Shown: positions 1-7,900 of the stretch, piece by piece
How the letters are laid out: every line of letters starts with the position of its first letter
Numbering within the stretch: the stretch's first letter is position 1
Source of the DNA: Eledone cirrhosa
Lineage: Eukaryota
Reading direction: 5' to 3'
Assembly (NCBI GenBank): GCA_964016885.1
Contig: OZ024742.1
Coordinates: 375,658,001-375,722,000 of the forward strand
Length of the DNA: 64,000 nt
The notes under the pieces: model-generated
What the model saw: the letters and a program-made list of their open reading frames with translations, nothing else
The model's database searches: none
What the model was told of the DNA's origin: nothing
Made by a program: the position numbers and the translations under genes

Positions 1-1137
1 CGGCTTTTACCCGTTGGGGGTCAGGTATTATGTATTACTGTGTGACACCAGAGGTCACGGTTCTGTGTCATCGCCTTTGAGAGGTATAATTGGGTAAGGT
101 CGGCTTTTATCACCTCATCCCAGGTCTTCTTGGGTCTACCCACACCGCGGTTTCCATCGACTTCTAGTGCTCTGCTCCTTTTTATGCAGCTGTCATCCTT
201 CATACGCATCACATGTCCATACTAACGCAACCGCCTCTCCTGCACACAGCATTTGATTCCTCTTATGCTCAGTCTCTTTCTCAATTCATTTATGCTTTGT
301 CATTCATGTATATTACTGTTACACATCCATCGGAGCATACAGGCTTTGTTTCTTTCTAATCTACACAAGTCTTCCACAGACAGCACCCAAGTCTCACTAC
401 CGTGTAACATTGCTGTTCATATACATGCATCATACAGTCTGCCTTTCATTTTGAGGGAAAAGCCTTTTGCAGCTAGCAGTGGCAGTAGCTCCCTGAACTT
501 CTTCTATCCCGTTCTTACCCTAGTTATTGTACTTTCCGAACACCCACCTCCGCTGCTAATTCGGTCACCTAGGTAGCAGAAGCTGTCTACTGTTTCTACA
601 GGGCCCTCCCAGAGTTTGGTGGTACTTGCTTCCTGTGGCTGTTTGCTGCTTGCTGTCCCAGCACAGCTGCTACATGTGAAGCCTACATTCTTAGTTAAGC
701 TTCCTGAGATCCCGCTACATCTCTTGTGTACCCATTGTTTGCATTTGGGGCAGAGAATGGAGTTCCTACCTACACCTTTCCTACATACTGAGCAAGGCCA
801 TTTCCCTGAGGGGATCTGGGTTCTGTTTTCTCGTCTACTTACAAGGACCTTAGTCTTTGTCAGGTTGACTTTGAGACCCTTTATTTCTAGTCCCTGCTTC
901 CAAGTTTGGAATTTCTTCTCTAGTTCTACCATAGATTCAGCTATGAGTGCGAGGTCATCAGCATACAGGAGTTCCCATGGGCATCTGGTCTTAAACTCCT
1001 CCGTTATTGCCTGCAGGACTATGATGAACAGGAGGGGGCTAAGAACAGAGCCCTGGTGGACCCCAACCTGTACGCTAAATTCCTCGCTATACTCATTGCT
1101 AATCCTAACTTTGCTGACTGCTCCCCTATACATGGCT
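1..1137 (-). mobile_element. 5'-truncated, inactivated RTE-clade LINE (C-terminal half of RT ORF), running off the window's left edge
   Basis: ORF 504..1133 has non-LTR RT motifs GVHQGSVLSPLLF, LLYADDL, GLKVNLTKTK and FCYLG. The same frame continues through in-frame stops into ..MLHGSETW..MLRW..RRLR*YGHVMR..RGVGRPKKTW (ORF 21..212), the typical RTE C-terminus. It has no endonuclease or N-terminal RT portion. Confidence 0.93.
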
Positions 1138-1227
1138 CATGGATATTATCCAATTATCCTGCTCAGAATCTACCCCTGGGTCTCCTGCTGGTTGGTTTTG
1201 TCTATAGTATCTGTCCAGCGATTCTTT
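1135..1227 (-). mobile_element. Short fragment of a second, older RTE-family LINE (same family as 1655-1950)
   Basis: Ungapped match to 1734-1826 (offset 599); about 74/93 identities by hand count, with mostly transition differences. Confidence 0.8.
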
Positions 1228-1342
1228 ACACTAATACTGCAAATTTTTGCAATTTTTCCACTAGCAAAGATACTACAAACATTTGAATAAACCTGTTTTT
1301 CAATATTTTCTACTAAATCATTAGAGAATGACTCTTAAGAGT

Positions 1343-1392
1343 GAAAAACAACACAAACACCATATTAACCAGGATACATATTTGCTTTTAAT
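1343..1392 (-). promoter_or_regulatory. Putative polyadenylation signal (ATTAAA) with GU-rich downstream element for the AAGAB-like transcript
   Basis: Minus-strand ATTAAA at 1392-1387, about 70 nt after the stop codon, followed ~25 nt later by GGGTTTGTGTTGTTTTTC. Confidence 0.5.
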
Positions 1393-1460
1393 GTCATATA
1401 TAAGAGTAAAGTGCTTGAAAATGTAATTTTATACAAAAAATGTTGTGTAGAGTGATATTT

Positions 1461-1541
1461 TTATAACTCTACGTCTGTGTCAGATGAATCATCTATTTCA
1501 TCAGAATCACCACCAATTGCTCTCCAAAATGACATTGTTGC
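1461..1541 (-). CDS. AAGAB: Terminal coding exon of AAGAB-like gene (alpha- and gamma-adaptin-binding protein p34)
   Basis: Acceptor ttctgttctttctccttctttgttacag at 1542; phase-0 exon of 81 nt encoding ATMSFWRAIGGDSDEIDDSSDTDVEL* (TAA at 1463-1461). It aligns with the human AAGAB C-terminus as I recall it ([25 protein letters not shown]). Confidence 0.88.
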   Translation of the reverse strand, partial: ATMSFWRAIGGDSDEIDDSSDTDVEL

Positions 1542-1597
1542 CTGTAACAAAGAAGGAGAAAGAACAGAATACTTTATAAAATACAAAGCATTATATA

Positions 1598-1661
1598 AAT
1601 CAATCAGGTAAAATTTAAATACATCAATTAATCAGGTACATTTTAAAATACATTAAACACT
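1598..1661 (+). repeat. AT-rich ~28-bp duplicated unit (AATCAATCAGGTAAAATTTAAATACAT), with a third copy at 1954-1990
   Basis: Copies visible at 1598-1624, 1626-1661 and 1954-1990. Confidence 0.65.
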
Positions 1662-1950
1662 CCTTCCAGTGGGTCCTGTCACAAGCAACCATCTCCAACT
1701 GATCCAGCTGGATCTCAAAGTGTGACCATTCAAGCTCATGGATGTTATCCAACCATTTTGCTTGGGGTTTACCCCTGGGTCTCTTGCTATTTGGTTTTGC
1801 CTGTAAAATCTGTCCAGTAATTCTTTCCTGAGATATTCTAACTGCATGCTCATAATATCCTAACTGTGATCTCTCAATTCATAGAAGTAGTGGCTCTACC
1901 TGGAATGTCTTTCTGATTTCTATGCTATGCAATCTATCCAGTAATGTTAT
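1655..1950 (-). mobile_element. Decayed 3' fragment of an RTE-clade LINE (Rex3/Expander-like C-terminus)
   Basis: Minus-strand translation ..QVEPLLL*IERSQLGYYEHAVRISQERITGQILQAKPNSKRPRGKPQAKWLDNIHELEWSHFEIQLDQLEMVACDRTHW.. has the RTE C-terminal pattern (EPLLLxIERSQL, RPRGxP, W, DRxxW), with a stop and a frameshift. Confidence 0.82.
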
Positions 1951-2077
1951 ACCAATCAATCAGGTAAATAAAAAATATACCTAAAACACTTAGCCTGTTC
2001 TTCTGAAATGTGTGTAACCCAGCACAGTTGAACATAATATGAGTAGCTAATTACTATAAATGACAGTTGAGAAAACT

Positions 2078-2606
2078 GTTAATGGTTGGTAATAGAAAGG
2101 GCATCCAGTTGTAAATAACTGGTAATAGTTGGTGATAGAAGAAAGGGCATCCAGTTGTAGATAACTGGTAATAGTTGGTGATAGAAGAAAGGGCATCCTG
2201 ATGTAGAACACTTGCCAAACAAAGAGTTGGAAGGTCTGTTCGGCCATGTCAAAGTGGTTGGTAATAGGAAAGGCATTGAGTCACAGAAAGCCTGTGAAAC
2301 AAAAGGTCGGGAGGACTCTTCAGCAGTGTCAAAGATAAACACATCCAATACACTGTAAAGTAGTTGGTGGTAGGAAAGGCATCCAATCGTAGAAAACCTG
2401 TGAAACAAAGGGTTGGAAAGACTCTTTAGTTGTGTCAAAAACATGAAACCTCCCTGGTGTTGGTGCCACAATAAAATGCGCTCAGTAGAACATGGGATCG
2501 TATATCATGCTGCCAGCCCAGCGGCTCTACTTCAGTATTGACCAGTCTGTGATACGTCCAGCCCTGGCTAACAGGTAAAACAGACATTAAATGATGACGA
2601 TGATGT
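2078..2606 (+). mobile_element. Non-coding dispersed repeat (RTE-associated SINE-like) with reiterated GTTGGTRRTAGGAAGGGCATCC motif and GACATTAAA-(GAT)n tail
   Basis: Motif at ~2085, 2128, 2174, 2255 and 2362; TTGGTGCCAC at ~2460; tail ACAGACATTAAATGATGACGATGATG at 2580-2605. Related copies lie at 4025-4300 (minus) and 4826-4920. Confidence 0.7.
2080..2206 (+). repeat. 46-bp tandem repeat, about 2.7 copies
   Basis: GCATCC recurs at 2101, 2147 and 2193; unit ATAACTGGTAATAGTTGGTGATAGAAGAAAGGGCATCCAGTTGTAR. Confidence 0.9.
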
Positions 2607-3385
2607 ACCCCTGGGAAGGGAGAAAGTGAACACAAAGGTGTCTGCGAGAAATTTAACCCCAGATCTCTCCAATTCTTTGCCAGCACCTCTGTTTACTTCC
2701 CCCCATATCCAGGGGTATTTTACTTGATTTTCTCAACTATTATTTATAGTTAAAGTGTAAACGATATATTGTCAATGAACGGACAACACATCGTCTTACT
2801 TATGTAAAATAATAACTTCAGAAGGGCTTTAACAGTCGAAATAAACAATCCTTTATTAAATGATACATTTAATAAACTCTAAACAAAAGTTAATTCAATC
2901 CCTACATACCTTGCGGATTAACAGAAATGGCTTAATTATTATTTTATGGACAGAGCTAAACGAAAGGATATGTGTGTATGCAGGAGATGAGGTGTCACAA
3001 AGTCTTTGGTTCCAAACGAAGGCATTCCATAGAGTACACCCACCAAGTCGGGCCGTCATAATCGGAGAAGAATATTTGTACATCCGCTTTCCATTGTAGC
3101 CAGCGTGGAAGAGAGAGATCAGCTACCCTTATCACTCAATAGCCTCTCCTATATTTTAGATAGTGCCGATACAAGGGAAGTAACTCGCTAGTCACTACAT
3201 AGTAATAAACTATTATTATGGTCATTTGCATTGGGACGTCTACAATTCAAATTTTTCCAATGCTACTTAAGTCAACTGCTTTGTTTATTATAAATATTGT
3301 TTAGCCTGCTAATATAAGTGAGCAGCTTCAGTAACTTAGTTAAGATTCCCAGATTTTGTCTTCTCATTTACCTATCTTTCTATGT

Positions 3386-3670
3386 GGAGGTGTGTGGCCT
3401 AGTGGTAAGGGTGTTGGACTTACAATCATAATGTAGTGGGTTTGATTTCTGGGCTGGGTTGTGTTCTTGAGTAAAACACTTCATTTCACATTGCTCCAGT
3501 ACACTCAGTTGTAAATGAGCACTAGTAATGGCAGAGGGATTTGACCCTGCGATGGACTGGCGTCCTGTCCAGAGAGGAGTCCTAATATTCTCAGTCGCTT
3601 CACACCATGAAACCAGGATAAGCACCGACATGACGAGCCTCCTGGTTTGAGACAGACTAGACTCTTTACT
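3386..3670 (+). mobile_element. tRNA-derived SINE (Meta-domain-like centre)
   Basis: A box TGGCCTAGTGG at 3395-3405; degenerate B box GGTTTGATTTC at 3439-3449; central TGTGTTCTTGAGTAAAACACTT..CTCCAGTACACTCAGTTGTAAATGAG and CCTGCGATGGACTGGCGTCCTGTCCAG blocks recalled from MetaSINE-type elements of marine invertebrates. Confidence 0.8.
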
Positions 3671-3977
3671 CCAACACCTCTAACTCACAACAAACAAAAA
3701 CAAAAAAAATGAGACTGGTGATTTAATTCATCAAAAACTGTCTACTGTTATGATGCAACAAAAACTAGGACAAATATATTTGGTTGATATAAATAAAAAA
3801 AAAGCAACAAAAATAAAGGCAAAACAATCTAAATTCTAGAGTAATAACAATTAAAGTGAAGTAATGAAGTATTGTAACTAATTGTTAGATTAAAATTATT
3901 AATACAAACAATGAATATACTTGCAATACACATGTGTTAATGAATTCAAACCATGTTATAAAGGCTGATTATTATAA

Positions 3978-4014
3978 GGTAGAAAAACAGACATTAAATT
4001 CATGATGATGATGA
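3978..4014 (+). repeat. Isolated SINE 3' tail (AAAAACAGACATTAAATTCATGATGATGATGA)
   Basis: Matches the tail at 2572-2605. Confidence 0.6.
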
Positions 4015-4024
4015 AAGTGTTGGA

Positions 4025-4300
4025 TCATCATCATCATCATTGTTGTCATTTTAATGTCCACTTTTCCTGCTAGCATGGGTTGGACGGGTCTACATAAGTC
4101 AAATCTGTATTGGAGTGGAGCCACTGATCTCCCAAGCAAACCAGGGATTTGTGTCTTGCTTATATAGTCTCACATTCCATTGAGTGCTAAGGAGAGGTTG
4201 TCATGCCCTTGACACAATTGAGGGTCCTACCAACCCTTTGTCTAGCAAGTTTTCTACAGTTGGAAGCCCTTCCTATCACCAACCACTTTACAGTGTGTAC
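4025..4300 (-). mobile_element. Inverted copy of the GGAAGGGCATCC-type SINE-like repeat with (GAT)n tail
   Basis: The minus strand reads GTACACACTGTAAAGTGGTTGGTGATAGGAAGGGCTTCCAACTGTAGAAAAC ... CCAACCCATGCTAGCAGGAAAAGTGGACATTAAAATGACAACAATGATGATGATG. Confidence 0.75.
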
Positions 4301-4363
4301 ACATCATTTGAGACCCAAGAGTAGCTGTTCAATTATAATAATGTAATTAATATATTTTCTCAC

Positions 4364-4413
4364 CTTTTCTGCATATTTTCTCCGTTGGTTCGGTGTTAAC
4401 TGATCTGCTCGGA
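4364..4413 (-). CDS. AAGAB: Penultimate coding exon (50 nt) of AAGAB-like gene
   Basis: Acceptor atttgttttgttttaatcag at 4414 and donor AAG|gtgag at 4363. It starts in phase 1 (TC) then encodes RADQLTPNQRRKYAEK, ending in phase 0, compatible with the exon at 1541. It aligns with human KAATLPHEQRKVHAEK as recalled. Confidence 0.88.
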
Positions 4414-4481
4414 CTGATTAAAACAAAACAAATATTAAATAACAAGAAAAAGTTAAAAAATATATCAAGAATTTGAATTAT

Positions 4482-4500
4482 TGATGATGATGATGATGAT
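4482..4500 (+). repeat. (GAT)6 microsatellite
   Basis: tgatgatgatgatgatgat seen directly. Confidence 0.9.
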
Positions 4501-4540
4501 AACGGCAATCACCTCCATTATCATTATTATCAGTGTATGT

Positions 4541-4755
4541 AGGGCGATGGATTAGGCAGTATCGGTAAAACATCAGATATGCTTTGCGGTATAGAGTTAC
4601 GGCTCTCTACGTCCTGTGTTCAAATCCCACTGAAGTTAGCTTTGTCTGTCATCCTTACAGGGTTAATAAAATAAAGTACCAGTAATGCACTAGGGCCAAA
4701 TTAATTGATTTTCCCCTGCCCAAATTTGCTGGCTTTGTGCCTAAATCTCAAACCC
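4541..4755 (+). mobile_element. Diverged tRNA-derived SINE of the abundant octopus type (Deu/Nin-domain-like centre)
   Basis: B box GTTCAAATCC at 4618-4627 followed by ..GCTTTGTCTGTCATCCTTACAGGGTTAATAAAATAAAGTACCAGT..CTTTGTGCCTA, which matches my recollection of a common Octopus SINE consensus. The family name is not verified. Confidence 0.72.
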
Positions 4756-4825
4756 CTATCATCAGAATATGTCTATTACAATATCTATAGGTCTGAATTT
4801 ATAGCTTCTGTCAATTCCATAACCA

Positions 4826-4925
4826 GATGATAGGAAGGGCATTAAACCATAGGAAACCTGCCAAGGTAGATTCTAGTGCTGGTGCCATGATTAACTGTAC
4901 TTGGTAGAGTGTAGGAAAGTATCAA
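4826..4925 (+). mobile_element. Decayed copy of the GGAAGGGCATCC-type repeat directly abutting the satellite
   Basis: TGATAGGAAGGGCATTAAACCATAGGAAACCTGCCA (4828-4863) and GTGCTGGTGCCA (4876-4888), as in 2078-2606. Confidence 0.65.
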
Positions 4926-7900
4926 AGTGAGATGTGGAACTCCTGTCTAACTAGACACTCACTAGAGAGCAGGGAGGTATGGAAGGTCTCCTATCTATCT
5001 ACACACTCACTAGAGAGCAGGGAGGTATAGAAGGTCTCCTGTGTATCGAGACACTCACCAGAGAGCAGGGATTTATGGTAGGTCTCCTATCTATCTAGAC
5101 AATCAGTAGAGAGGAGGGAGGTATGGAAGGTCTCCTGTCTATTTAGACACTCACTAGAGAGCAGGGACATATGGAAGGTCTCCTGTCTATCTAGAGACTC
5201 AGTAGAGAGCAGGGAGGTATGGAAGGTCTCCTGTCTATCTAGACACTCACTAGAGAGCAGGGAGGTATGTAAGGTCTCCTGTCTATCTAGACACTCAGTA
5301 GAGAGCAGGGTGGTATGGAAGGTCTCCTGTCTATCTAGACACTCACTAGAGAGCAGGGAGGTATGGAAGGTCTCATGTCTATTTAGACACTCACTAGAGA
5401 GCAGGGACATATGGAAGGTCTCCTGTCTATCTAGAGACTCAGTAGAGAGCAGGGAGGTATGGAAGGTCTCCTGTCTATCTAGACACTCAGTAGAGAGCAG
5501 GGATTTATGGTAGGTCTCCTGTCTATCTAGAGACTCACTAGAGAGTAGGGAGGTATGGAAGGTCTCCTGTCTATTTAGACACTCACTAGAGAGCAGGGAG
5601 GTATGGAAGGTCTCCTGTCTATTTAGACACTCACTAGAGAGTAGGGAGGTATGGAAGTTCTCCTGTCTATCTAGACACTCAGTAGAGAGTAGGGAGGTAT
5701 GGAAGGTCTCCTGTCTATCTAGACACTCAGTAGCGAGCAGGGAGGTATGGAAGGTCTCCTGTCTATCTAGACACTCAGTAGCGAGCAGGGAGGTATGGAA
5801 GGTCTCCTGTCTATCTAGACACTCAGTAGAGAGTAGGGAGGTATGGAAGGTCTCCTGTCTATCTAGACACTCAGTAGAGAGCAGGGAGGTATGGAAGGTC
5901 TCCTGTCTATCTAGACACTCAGTAGAGAGCAGGGAGGTATGGAAGGTCTCCTGTATATCTAGACACGCACTAGAGAGCAGGGAAGTATGGAAGGTCTCCT
6001 GTCTATCTAGACACTCACTAGAGAGTAGGGAGGTATGGAAGTTCTCCTGTCTATCTAGACACCCACTAGAGAGTAGGGAGGTATGGAAGTTCTCCTGTCT
6101 ATCTAGACATTCACTAGAGAGAAGGGAGGTATGGAAGGTCTCCTGTCTATCTAGACATTCACTAGAGAGCAGGGAGGTATGGAAGGTCTCCTGTCTATCT
6201 AGACACTCACTAGAGAGCAGGGAGGTATGGAAGGTCTCCTGTCTATCTAGACACTCACTAGAGAGTAGGGAGGTATGGAAGGTCTCCTGTCTATCTAGAC
6301 ATTCACTAGAGAGAAGGGAGGTATGGAAGGTCTCCTGTCTATCTAGACACTCACTAGAGAGCAGGGAGGTATGGAAGGTCTCCTGTCTATTTAGACACTC
6401 ACTAGAGAGCAGGGAGGTATGGAAGGTCTCCTGTCTGTCTAGACACTCACTAGAGAGCAGGGAGGTATGGAAGGTCTCCTGTCTATCTAGACACTCACTA
6501 GAGAGCAGGGAGGTATGGAAGGTCTCCTGTCTATCTAGACACTCAGTAGAGAGCAGGGAGGTATGGAAGGTTTCCTGTCTATCTAGACACTCACTAGAGA
6601 GCAGGGAGGTATGGAAGGTCTCCTGTCTATCTAGACACTCACTAGAGAGCAGGGAGATATGGAAGGTCTCCTGTCTATCTAGACACTCACTAGAGAGCAG
6701 GGCGGTATGGAAAGTCTCCTGCCTATGTAGACACTCAGTAGAGAGCAGGGAGGTATGGAAGGTCTCCTGTCTATCTAGACACTCACTAGAGAGCAGGGAG
6801 GTATGGACGGTCTCCTGTCTATCTAGATACTCACTAGAGAGCAGGGAGGTATGGAAGGTCTCCTGTCTGTCTAAACACTCACTAGAGAGCAGGGAGGTAT
6901 GGAAGGTCTCCTGTCTATCTAGACACTCACTAGAGAGCAGGGAGGTATGGAAGGTCTCCTGTCTATCTAGACACTCAGTAGAGAGCAGGGAGGTATGGAA
7001 GGTCTCCTGTCTATCTAGACACTCACTAGAGAGCAGGGCGGTATGGAAAGTCTCCTGTCTGTCTAGACACTCACTAGAGAGCAGGGAGGTATGGAAGGTC
7101 TCCTGTCTATCTAGACACTCACTAAAGAGCAGGGAGGTATGGAAGGTCTCCTGTCTATCTAGACACTCAGTAGAGAGCAGGGAGGTATGGAAGGTCACCT
7201 GTCTATCTAGACACTCAGGAGAGCAGGGAGATATGGAAGGTCTCCTGTCTATCTAGACACTCAGGAGAGCAGGGAGATATGGATGGTCTCCTGTCTATTT
7301 AGACACTCAGTAGAGAGCAGGGAGGTATGGAAGGTCTCCTGTCTATCTAGACACTCAGAAGAGAGCAGGGAGGTATGGAATGTCTCCTGACTATCTAGAC
7401 ACTCAGTAGAGAGCAGGGAGGTATGGAAGGTCTCCTACTATCTAGACACTCACTAGAGAGCAGGGAGGTACGGAAGGTCTCCTGTCTATCTAGACACTCA
7501 GGAGAGAGTAGGGAGATATGGAAGGTCTCCTTTCTATCTAGACACTCACTAGAGAGCAGCGAGGTATGGAAGGTCTCCTGCCTATCTAGACACTCACTAC
7601 AGAGCAGGGAGGTATGGAAGGTCTCCTGTCTATCTACACACCCAGTAGAGAGGAGGGAGGTATGTAAGGTCTCCTGTCTATCTAGACACTCAGTAGAGAG
7701 CAGGGAGGTATGGAAGGTCTCCTATCTATCTAGACACTCACTAGAGAGCAGGGAGGTATGTAATGTCCCTTGTCTATCTAGACACTCAGTAGAGAGTAGG
7801 GAGATACGGAAGGTCTCCTGTCTATCTAGACACTCAGGAGAGAGTAGGGAGATATGGAAGGTCTCCTGTCTATCTAGACACTCAGTAGAGAGCAGGGAGG

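Noticed and set aside
253-1290. Plus-strand ORFs 253..576, 616..1290 and 1056..1286
   Set aside because: Antisense shadows of the RTE coding sequence with no independent motifs.
2047-2686. Minus-strand ORFs over the SINE-like repeat (also 3380..3631 and 1653..1853)
   Set aside because: They overlap non-coding repeats or the wrong frame of a LINE fragment; peptide periodicity mirrors the DNA tandem.
2910-2955. Candidate 46-nt minus-strand exon (cctttcgtttag|CTCTGTCC..CGCAAG|gtatgt) within ORF 2895..3083
   Set aside because: The flanking AAGAB exons already join in frame and colinearly with the homologue; 46 nt would frameshift. It could only be a poison or cryptic exon, for which there is no evidence here.
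3386-3460. tRNA gene
   Set aside because: A and B boxes are present but there is no full cloverleaf, the B box is degenerate, and it continues into a SINE body.
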